NCBI GenBank assembly: GCA_977017575.1
Contig: CDRNVI010000202.1
Location: forward strand, 1 to 27,738
Origin: Paramoeba atlantica
Lineage: Eukaryota; Protista; Discosea
DNA length: 27,738 nucleotides
Direction of reading: 5' to 3'
This document shows positions 10,186 through 20,400 of this stretch, one piece after another. A program made the position numbers and the translations under genes. Each line of letters opens with the position of its first letter. Positions within the stretch are counted from its first letter, which is position 1. The notes under the pieces are model-generated. The model had not been told where the DNA came from. It ran no database searches and saw only the letters and a list, made by a program, of their open reading frames with translations.

Positions 10186-12159
10186 GCAATTCATCATTTA
10201 TTTTTAGCACTCTAAAATATACGTCAGCCTTTTTACTACCTTTTGACTTTGGAGTAGATGAATTTTTATATTTTATTTTTTATGTTTTTTTCAATAAAAC
10301 GAAAATAACAAAAATACTCACAAGAAAATCTGATTTAATATTTTGCTGCCCAAAAATCTTTTTTTTTTTGTTTTTTTTTTTGTTTTTTGCCTTGAAAAAC
10401 ATGCTGTTGCTTGTTCGGGGGGGATGGAGGGAGTTGCGGTCAGGGGAGCAAAGGGAAAAGACTTTTTTTGCTTCTTTCAAACAATTCTTTTTTTGTTTTC
10501 TTTGTGTGTGTAAAAAAAAGAGAAAAAGAGTTGATCTTGATGAGGTGAGAGATCGCTTCAAAAACCACATGCGGAGAGAGGAAGGAAGAATTGTGGTGTG
10601 GATTGCTCAGAATTCAGAACATTATCCCTCCCCTATGTGATCAGGTTTTCTTCTTTGTTTCCTCTCAGTGTTTTTTTTTTTTTTGTCTTTTCTCTCTTCT
10701 TTTCCCCCCTTTTTTTTTTGATTTTTGATCTCTTTTCCTTTTGTTTGTGTGTCTTTTGTTTGTGTGTCTTTTGTTCGCCACCCTAAACCCTTGTTTTTCA
10801 CACTTGTTTTCGTCATGTTTATTTTTCCTTTTTTGGGTATCATGATGGATGAGGTTTGAGATGTGGTTCTCTTCATCCTTTTGTTTGTCTTGTCTTTTTT
10901 ATTTGTTCTTCTTTTTTTGTTCTTTTGTTTGTTCTTTTCTTTATTGTCTTTTTGTGTCCTCTTTGCTCTTCCTTTTTCCCTTTTTCCCCTTTCCCTTTCC
11001 ACCTTATTCTGTATTTCAAACCTCTACCTTATTCTGTTGTCTTTTATTCATTTTGAAGTCTTTCTCACTGCTTTTTCCTGTCGAATCTCCCCCTGGTTGA
11101 TTCTCCCCTCTTTTGTTTTTCTCCTGTTTCCTTTCTTATCTTTTCCTCAAAAATTTGTATTTTCTTCTCACTTTGATTGTTCTTTCTTATTTGGAGTGTT
11201 TTCCTCTTTTGTGTTTTTCCCTCTCTTTTGTCTTTCGTTGGTGCTTTGTGCTCCTTCAACCCTGCCTGTTATGTTTTGATTCATCCTTTTGTTTTTTGCC
11301 ACATTTGATTTTTTTCTGTGTTTTCTCTCTTTGAATATTTTCTCTTTTGTTCAAAACCCTATTCTTTCTTTCTTTCTTTTGTTGTTCCTTTTATTTGATA
11401 TAAACCACACCTTCTGCTTTTTTTCAATTTGATCTTTGGATTGACTTTCATTTATTGTTTTGTTGTTTATTTTCTGTGGGGATCTCATCAATTCTCTGAC
11501 ATTTTCCCTTTCCCCCCCTCCTCTCCTCCCCCCCAAATCTTCACTTCTCCCCTCTTTTCCTTTTCTCTTTCATTGATATCTCCCCATCTTTACTCTAATA
11601 ACCTTATTCTCTCTCTTCTCTCTTTTTAAATCTTTTTTTCTTTCAATAGAGTGTAGTTGTGGGGTAGAGGAAGTTTTTCTCCCCAAATTTGTCGTCATTG
11701 CAATCTTTTTCTCTCTCTTTTTTTTCAATCTCTTTTGCAAGTACTTTTTTCTTTTTTTTTCATTTTCTTTTCTCTTTCTCTCTTTTAAAGAAATAAAATA
11801 AAATGACCAATTGCTGCTGCTGCTGTGTTGTTGTTGTGGTCAGATGTCAACTATCACCCCATTTGTCTCTCCCCGAACAAAAATATTATTGCTTTTTGGA
11901 GTCATTTTTGAGTGCTGCTAAATCAGATTTACTTCTTTTATGGTAATTAGTTGTTGTTGATTAATTATTTATTGTTTTTTGTTTGTTCTTTGTGTGAAAT
12001 TCTTATATATGAAAATTATTAATATTTTGGAGATGATTATTTATTGTTAATATTTAACATGTTATTTTTCTGTTGTATTATCAATCCATTTTTATTAAGG
12101 TTTTGCTTTCATATATTTGTTGCTCTTGAATAATATAACACCTCTCTTTGTTTTGGTTT

Positions 12160-13260
12160 GATTCCTAGTTGGTTCTTATTTTTTAATTTTTTATTTTTTT
12201 TTTGGGAGTCAAAATTCAGACTTTTGATCGATTTATTTTTGGGTTCAATTCTTCATTGGTTCATATTTTTTTTTTTAATTTTTTTGGGGAGTCAAAATCC
12301 TTCTGTGACGAGAATTTTGATCAATTTATTTTTGGGTTCAATTCTTCATTGATTCATATTTTTTTTTTAATTTTTTTGGAGAGTCAAAATCCTTCTGTGA
12401 CGAGAATTTTGATCGATTTATTTTTGGGTTCAATTCTTTATTGGTTTATATTTTTTTTTTTTAATTTTTTTGGGGAGTCAAAATCCTTCTGTGATGAGAA
12501 TTTTGATCAATTTATTTTTCGTTCAATTCTTAATTGGTTCATATTTTTTTTAATTTTTTTTTGGGGAATCAAAATCCTTCTGTGACGAGACTTTTAATCG
12601 ATTTATTTTCACACCAGGCTGGCTAAACCCTATGCACTTTGAGTTATGAATTTATCAATCATCCAAATCAACCCTGTTTATTCCTTTCAAACCTGCAAAA
12701 AAAATCATGTCTATATCAGTTTTTTTGGTTTTTTTTTTTGATTCACCACTCTTTTTTGTTTTTTTCTTGTGTTTTGAGTTTCAGAAAAGTTGAAAAATGA
12801 GAGAAAAACAAGATTTGTTCTTCTTTTTTTCAAGTTTTTTTTGTAAGCTTTGTTGTTTTTTTGGTTTGGGAGTCTTCTTGTATCTTCTTGTATTTTTTTC
12901 TTTCATTTTTTTATCTTTTCAAGAGAAAACAAAGTTTTTGTGTTTTTTGAAATTCTAAAAATGAATTTTTTTTTGTATTTGGCTGGATTCTGAGTATTTT
13001 ATTTTTTGGAATTCCGAAAAAGAAAGATTGTTTTTCAAAATTCTAATTTTCAAAGGTTTGTTCAAAATTGAGTTGGAACTGTTTATTTGCTAAAGTGGAA
13101 CTTTTTTTTTGAGGCCTTGAATGGAAGTGACAGGGTTAGTTTGGATGATTGATAAATTCACAACTCGAGGTGCATAGTTTAGCCAGCCTGGAGTGATGGG
13201 TTCAATTCTTGATTGGTTCATATTTTTTTTTTTTTTTTTGGAGAGATCAAAAATCCTTCA
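12160..13260. repeat. ~93-bp tandem repeat, ~5.5 copies, interrupted by a TIR element
   Basis: ga(g/a)tcaaaat at ~12206, 12289, 12381, 12475, 12566. Unit: gagtcaaaatccttctgtgacgagaattttgatcgatttatttttgggttcaattcttcattggttcata(t)n. The unit resumes at 13197 (tgggttcaattctt). Confidence 0.92.
12609..13196. mobile_element. Non-autonomous TIR element (MITE-like), ~590 bp with ~80-bp imperfect terminal inverted repeats
   Basis: Left end tcacaccaggctggctaaaccctatgcactttgagttatgaatttatcaatcatccaaatcaaccctg matches the reverse complement of right end cagggttagtttggatgattgataaattcacaactcgaggtgcatagtttagccagcctggagtga. The interior is AT-rich and non-coding, and the element splits one satellite unit. 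Confidence 0.85.
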
Positions 13261-14015
13261 TTTTTTTTCTTTTTTTTTTCTCATATGAATTATTGAGTGA
13301 ACTTTATAGATTTCACTTTTCTTCTTGTTATGTTAAGCTGTTTTGCTTTTTCTTCTATTGTATTAATTGAACTTTGTGTTGGTTACTATTATCAAAAGAA
13401 AGAGAAGAATAGATTAAAATCTTTTCTATTATATTATTTCCTTTTTTTTTATGTTTTTTGTTGACCTTTTTTTTGTTTGAATTTTTTTCTTCTTTCTTTT
13501 TTCTTTCTTTAAATCCTTTTTATTTCTCTTTCAACTTGTTTTCTATTTTTTTTTTTTCTTTTTAATTTTTTTCAATTGTTTTTTTTAAAAAAATAATAAA
13601 TAATTTTTCAAAATAAATTGAATGAATTTATTTTTTCAATTTTTTTAAGAAACCATTTTCTTTCTCTTACAACCATTTATTTTAAATAAAAATCTTTTCT
13701 TTAAAGAAAAATAAAAAAAAAGAAGAAATTCTAAGTTGCAGGAAAACCTAATGTTGCAAAAAGACTTTTAAAAAAAAATATTGATTTAAAAGGAGTAAAG
13801 AGCCTAAACCTATAAAATAATAGGTTGAACTGGGCAAGAGCTATAAACCCTTCTTTGTTGCTAGTAGCAGCAGCAGTTCGAATTGGAGGAGGGAATTAAG
13901 AGAAAATAGGAGGTGGAGTGGTGTGACTCCCAGCAGCAGCCACAGAGGATGTTGAGGATGACCCACCAACCACCACCACCATCACAACATTCAATTGGCA
14001 AAAATTTGTTCTTAA

Positions 14016-15070
14016 CTACCATTGCTTTTTTGGCTCCCATTTTAATCCAATTAGAGGCCAAGTCTCCAAAAGAAATTCTGAATAATGTTATATTTTAATA
14101 ATAAAGTTTTAAAAAAATTTTGTGTGAAACATGGAAAAAAATGGTTATTAGTTTTTTGACTTACTTGAAATCAGTTCTTTCTTCTTTCTTGAAATGTCCT
14201 CGAATATTTCCTTGACTGTTTTGAATTCATTGGAATCCTTGTATGAGTTATACATTCTATGGACGCTTCTGAAAGACACCAAAAAATTATTATTATCAGT
14301 AAAGAAGAAAAAATCATTTCAAAAAAAAAATCTTTCCTCCTCCTCCCCCCAACTCAACACTTTTTTTCTATTCCTCCCCTCCTTCCCTCCCCTCCTTTTC
14401 TTTCCTTTTTTCAAAAAAAATAATACCAATTCCTTGTTGAAGGGAACCAGCAAAACTGCTTCTTGTTACTGGCCTTGAATCCACTCTTCCTGCCAATATA
14501 CCACCACCACTGCCCATTGTCATATCATCCCATTCAGTCCACATCAATAACCAATTTTTTTCAGATGTTTTTTGGATTCCACTCACTTTCAATTTTGTCC
14601 AAGAAGCGTTTTAAAAGTCCCTTCCAAACGTTTTTTATTGGTTTCATTTTTGTGGTCTGGCAAATCGAAAGAAAAATCTCGAAAAATCTCGAAAAATCTG
14701 TTCCACCAACCAACCGATAGTTACCCCCCTTCCGTTCTCACTTTTCCGACACCTTTTTTCAATAATTCGAGACCTTCAATTTCAGTTCACTTTCCAGACA
14801 AATCTTGAGAAAATTATTGTGGTTCAAGGATCCTCAGCCTTCAAAGATGATTTGTAGAACTTCTGTTGCACCACTTGATATTTAGAAGTTGCCTATTGGC
14901 TTCCTATTACTTGATGTTTTTAATAAAAATATGTTCTCTATTATGGGTCAATGACCCTAACCCCCACCACCCCTGCTTACTTTTCCACCATTCCTTTTTC
15001 CTTCTCTCTTTGTCTAGCACGAACATATCATATCTTTCTCTGCCTGGCAGCTCTCTCTTTTCTTTTTTTT
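14016..15070 (-). pseudogene. Spliced gene of unknown function, decayed, divergent from the dioxygenase gene
   Basis: Minus-strand GT-AG introns 14980-14938 (gtaagc), 14426-14269 and 14164-14078 (gtaagt) are all phase-compatible. The joined product reads ...RYDMFVLDKERRKKEWWKKNIF...KNVWKGLLKRFLDKIESEWNPKNIxKKLVIDVDxMGxYDNGQWWWYIGRK...SVHRMYNSYKDSNEFKTVKEIFEDISRKKKELISKFLLETWPLIGLKWEPKKQW*. Interruptions are 7 TGA (x) and 1 TAA. The 5' boundary is approximate. Confidence 0.6.
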
Positions 15071-15741
15071 TTTATCTAGGTTTTTCCCCTTCCTCCTCTC
15101 CTTTACTCTCTTAAATCAAACAATCATTTCAAAGCAAACCTGTTGTTTATCTGTCATAAGTTCCTGCTGCTCACAAAAGCAAGTCGTTACTCACACACAC
15201 ACAACAGGGTCAAATTATCCCAAGACACAAGAATTGACCCTACTGTTATGTTGTGTTGTCCCCACACCAACCAAGCTTCTTCTGTAAAATATCTGCAATA
15301 AAACCTTGCTCAATCTTTGGGGATTCCTCTTCTTCTTTTGATCATCTCTTTGTTCTTCAGTTTTAAAATCATTCATCCCTCTCTTCTCCTATTTCATCAT
15401 CTCACAATTATCCACACCCTCAACACCCAACACATAACCACACAATACCCAATACAAAGGTGTACCCTTTCCCTCTCCCTCCTCTCTCTCCTTTCTTTTT
15501 TGTTTACAAACCTGTGCCAGTGTGATGTGTGATGTATGATTACATTCAGCAATTTGATTCTGCAGGAAAAAAAAACACCAAACAATGCAAAGGTGAATCT
15601 GTTTCAGAAAATAAGATATGAATAAAAATGACAAAAAGGAAAGAGAAAAAGAAAAAGAAAAGAAAAGAGAAAAAGAAAAAGAAAAGAAAAGAAAAAAAGA
15701 AAAAAAAAAAAAAGAAAAAAAAGAAAAAAAAAAAAGAAAAA

Positions 15742-16164
15742 ATGAGAGTTTTTTCAAACTCTTCTGACGTGATTTTCCAAAAAAAGAAACGTGAAAATCA
15801 CGTGAATTCTGTTTCTCTCTTTTTTCATTTTATCTTTCCAAGATCCAGAGACAAACTCGCAAGACTGACAGAAACTGAAAAACAAGAAAGGAAGGAAAGG
15901 CAATGCGTGTACCAAAAGCGTTGGTACAACAAAAAAAAAAACCAACCTCTCCCTTCTTTACCTCCCCAGAAGTCCTCAAGGTTACAACAACAACCCTCAT
16001 CATCTCAGGTTCTCTCTCTCTTGGCTTCTTTGTCTCATTACTTTTCTTTCAAACAGGCAATAAATAATGAGGAAAGTCACGACAAATTTGTTTGTTTTTT
16101 TTTTCTCTCTCTTCTCTCTTCTCTCTCTCTTTCTTTCTCTTTTCTTTCTCTTTTCTTTCTCTTC

Positions 16165-16196
<32 letters not shown>

Positions 16197-17422
16197 TCTC
16201 TCTTTCTCTTTCTCATTCAAATAAATAAAAAATCACCAAAAAAGAGAAATTCACATATGGATATGAGAGAAGATTTCTTTTCTCTCTTCTCTTTCTCCCT
16301 TCTCTCTTCTCTTTCTCCCTTCTCTTTCTCTCTTCTCTTTCTCTTCTCTCTTCTCTCTTTCTCTTTTTCCTTTTTAATAAAATTTTCTCTCCTCTTCTCC
16401 ACTTTTCTCTTCTCTTCTCTCTTCTCTCTCTCTCTCTTTCTTAGGAACAAGGATGTCACACCCAAAACAATCAACAAATATGAATGAAGTAAGAGAAAAG
16501 GTTTTCTCTCTCCACTTCTCTCTCTCTCTCTCTCTCTTTTCTTTTCGCTTCTCTCTTTCTCTTTTTCTTCTTTTGCTTTCTCTTTTCTTTTTCACTTTTT
16601 ATCAAATCAGCTTTTTGAAGAAGAATTTCCTGTGGAATCCAAAAAAAATTTTACTCTTTTTTTGGTTCTGGGACTCAAATTAATGGTTTTCTCTCTTTTC
16701 TTTCTCTTTTCTCTCTCTCTTTTCTCTCTCTCTTTTCTCTCTCTCTTCTTCTTTTTCTCTTTCTCTCTCTTTCTTTTCTCTCTCCTCTCTATTCTCTTTT
16801 TCTCTTTTTCTTTTCTCTCTTTCTTTTTCAAATAATAATTTTTCTTTCCTCCTTTTTCTTTCCTTTTTCTTTCCTTCTTCTCTTTCTTCTCTCTCTCTTT
16901 CTTCTCTCTTTCTTTCTTAATCCAGTTTTTTATTTTTGAATTTTTGTGAAAAAATGAGAAAATCTTGGTTCTGTTCAGAACAGTTGGATTTGGGGCAGGT
17001 CCAGGGAAGCAAACTTGATTATGTCAAGTTCAGACAAACAAAAAGTGCTTTCTTCCATATTACCAGAATCAAAGTTTCAGTGACTGTCTCGAACACCTGA
17101 CATTTCAAATTTCGAAGCAATCATTACAATTCGCCTTACCAAACTTTTTCCTGATCTTCTCCAGGATCACATTTCCTGACATTCTCCTTCTTTGTTTTCA
17201 AAAGCACTCTTACTTAGTCTCTCTTATCCTTGATCACCTTCAGAGGGACCGTTTCAAGATTCAAAAGTTTTATTTTTTGGTTCACAACATGCAATTCAGC
17301 CAGCAGAGCTTCCCACCTGACCATCAGAAGAATACAAGAAATTGGCTAAGAATGGAGGTTGTGGCTTTCATGTGGATGTAGAAGATCCAATTTACAACTT
17401 AGATTTATTGATGTATTATTCC
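15742..17422 (+). pseudogene. Same dioxygenase gene, copy B; carries the 5' exons but is truncated 15 codons after the HxD Asp
   Basis: ATG 15742 ...RDKLARLTETEKQERKERQCVYQKRWYNKKKNQ...SSSQ, a 48-nt GT-AG intron 16009-16056, exon AINNEESHDKF, then exons matching copy A. HVD is retained, there are extra TGA at 17177 and 17318, and some splice sites are lost by G>A. Homology stops at tattcc 17422. Confidence 0.6.
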
Positions 17423-20400
17423 AGAAAGAGGAAGAAGGAAAGTGAGAGAAGAGAGAAGGGGTGAGGCAAGAGGAAAAGGGAGAAAAAAAAAGAAGGGAAG
17501 AGAAGAAAGAAAAGAAGAGGAAAGAGAAAGATGAAGAAAAAATAGAGAAAATGTCAGTCAGGGAAAAAAGGGAGTTGGATCATTCAGTGGGAATGGATGT
17601 GTAAGAATGGCTCTAAAATGAATGAACAAAACAAGAACTGATAAAATCATAACAGGGAGGAAAGAAATAAAAGTTAAATCTTTAAAGAAAGAGAGAAAAA
17701 GAAGTTGAAGAAAGAGGAGGGTGGTCAGGATTTCTTTGGGTTCTTCTTTTGTAAACAAAAATGATAAGGGAATAAGTTGGTGGTTTGTTGTTGTTTGTTG
17801 TGATTTTTTGAAGTGAAAACTTTGTTGTTGTAGTTCATGTGGTTCAACATAAATAAAAGAAGGAGGAGAAGGACCTTCTCCTCCTTTTTTTTAAAGGATT
17901 TTGTTTCTTCTTTCTCTTTTGTGATGATGAAGATGAAGAGATGGCTGAAAAACATGATGATAATCATGAGCATAGCAGTGATGGTGGTGGCCCTCCCAGA
18001 TTTGAATCTCCTAAATTCAGAAATAAACTTCCAGTGGTGAGATAACAACACTGACAACCAAAATTGTGAGTAAAACGAAAAGAAAAAAAAGTCTCTAATT
18101 TCTTCTACATTCAAGAAGAGAGTCCCTTCTTCTTCTTCTGCCACCGCAACACTAACACCAACCAAACTTTATTTCTTTTTTATTCAACGAAACCCCTAAA
18201 CCTTTCGAAAAATAATAAAAAAAAATATTTCAACACAAAAAGAGATTCCGAAGTGTTCATGTTTCAAACACTTGGTGTTTGCAGTTCAACAGACTACCCA
18301 CACACATAGTTTTACTGCTGCTTTTTGATTTCATTGAATTGCTCAAAGAAAAAAGATATGCAAAGCAAATCCAAATATTACTTTAACCTCAAAGAGTTGA
18401 TTTTCTTTTTGGTTTTTAGTTTTTCAACGCATCGAGGTTTCGCCATGTTTTGTCGACAAATCCTCACAATATTCCTCTCTTGGCAATGACAAAAGACTTT
18501 GAATTGTTGATTAAATCATGAATAATCTCAGTGAACTGGAGAAAGAGAAAAGAAAAAAGAGAAAAGAGAAAAGGTTAGTATTAAAAGGAAGGAGGGAAAG
18601 GGGAGGGAAAGGAAGAAGGGAAAGGGGAGGGAAAGGGGAGGAAAGGGGAGGGAAAGAGGAGGAATTAGAGGAGGAATTAGGGGAAGAGAAAAGAAAACAA
18701 AACTCTGAAAACAAACTGTTTCATATAACAGTTATGCAATGATTGTGGTGGTGATTAATGTGGTAATTCCAATGAGAGACCAAAAAAAAAAAACAATGAA
18801 AAAGGTGTCCTATCAGTGGGTTCCTTCTCAAATGGAGAACTGAAGAAAGAGAGAAAAAGAAAGAAAGGGGTTTAGTTGAATGGAGGGAGAAAAAGGAGGA
18901 GGAGTAAACACAAAGAAGGAGAGGGAGAATAAAAGAAAACAAATATCAAAAACAAATACTAAAACCAATGTGATTCGCAACAACAATGTGATGATGGTGT
19001 GGAGGCAGTGATAAAAGGTTTCAAATTGTTGATTAAATATGTCACTGATAATCTCAGTGAACTGGAGAAAGAGAAAAAAGAAAGGATTTTTTAGTTAAAA
19101 GGAGAGAGGGGAGAAAAGGAAACAAGGAGGAGGGAGGGGGGGGGAACACAAAGAAGGGGAGGGAGAATAAAAGAAAACAAATATGTGAAAAACAAACACA
19201 AAACTGATGATTCACAACAACAATATGATGATGGTGGCAGTAGTAATCTATAGCATATTTGTAAAGCACTCTACTGATTTAACAAACAATCTCCTCTCGA
19301 TATTGATAAATTGATGTCCATTCACCTTGCAATCTGACACACAATCACTTTTGCGCAACAACATTCCAAGAGCTCTCTGCAACACAGTTGCTTGATTGTT
19401 ACTCTAATGTTATTGTCATTTCAGTTATCACATCGCAAAGAATCTTTTCTTCCAATACAAACCCTATATGCAAAAGTTTCAGAAGCTACTCTCTTTCTTT
19501 TAAAGAAATCACCACCACCTGAACCTTCTTTCTTTGCTCCCCTCACCCTAAACCCTCTCTTTTCTTCTAAAAAGATCAAAAAAAAAAAAAAAACCTCTTT
19601 GTGTGAAGAAGAAATCAACAACAAACACACTCAATATTCCCTCTCTCCTCCTTTGTTGGTGTTGGTTATTGAGTTGTTCTTATTGTTGTCACACGTTTTA
19701 TCGTGTCTTCTTTTTTTGTTGGAAAAAAAAAAAAAAAAAGAATTTTCAATTAAATAATCTTTTTCCTCTAGACCAAATACACAAGTTTGCAAATCTCCGA
19801 AGAATTAGTGGCAAATAAAAATTATCTCAATAAACATTAATACCAAAAATAATTTTCTCATTACCAAGAATTTTCTTGATTTGCTATTAGACCCAAAGTA
19901 CTGAAATTATTCAACAGAAAACATCCAATCTTTTGGTCGATTGAATGACTGAACTTTTTTCAAGAAACTGAAAAGGGAAAGAAAAGAAAAAAGAAAAGAT
20001 TAGTAATGTGTGTTACTATGGAGGAGGGAAATACAAAGAAGGAAGAGAATAAAAGAAAACAAACAAAAAAAAGAAAACAAATACAAAATCTACCATGATT
20101 TACAACAACAACGATAATTAGTAAAGGTGAAAAAATTATCGCTTCAAACCTTATCAATTAAAACCCCAACAAACACATACACAGGCGAGAGAGAGAGAAC
20201 TCTGGAGAAAGAGAAAAGAAAAAAGATTAGTGTTAAAAGGAAGGAAGGGGAGGAAGGAAAGGGGAGGGATAAAATGAATGTAGCAATCTTTATAATACAT
20301 GCACACATCATTGATATTTGACAAACAACCTCTCAATAATTGATAAGAATTTAGGGTGTCCATTCACCTTGCAATCCAACACACAAACACTTTCGTGCAC

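Larger units (their letters stand above)
5190..10190. repeat. Patchwork of shuffled short modules, purine-rich on + strand (copy at ~18500-23720)
   Basis: gagaataaaagaaaacaaa at 5419, 5653, 6528, 7798, 8859, 9071. tgtccattcac at 5802, 6842, 7669, 7908. A ttatcaattaaaac-type module also recurs. Confidence 0.85.
3121..11960 (+). repeat. Segmental duplication copy A (~8.8 kb), direct repeat of ~16100-25452
   Basis: Collinear matches: 3251 vs 16212 (tcattcaaataaat), 3531 vs 16441, 4021-4526 vs 16917-17422, 5188 vs 18704 (ctgaaaacaaactgtttcatataac). Similarity ends at ttgttgttga (~11960 vs ~25452). Confidence 0.95.

Noticed and set aside
10400-10640. Exon-like island (RVDLDEVRDRFKNHMRREEGRIVVWIAQ; copy near 24070-24180)
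   Set aside because: Short, with no recognisable motif and no convincing splice partners, so not called as a gene.
12160-12608. Regularly spaced repeats that could suggest a CRISPR array
   Set aside because: The whole ~93-bp unit is repeated with no unique spacers, the context is eukaryotic, and there are no cas genes.
14600-14660. MKPIKNVWKGLLKR resembling the Tc1/IS630 LNPIENVW motif
   Set aside because: No upstream DNA-x-x-H second aspartate motif at the expected distance and no SPDL; not enough to call a transposase.
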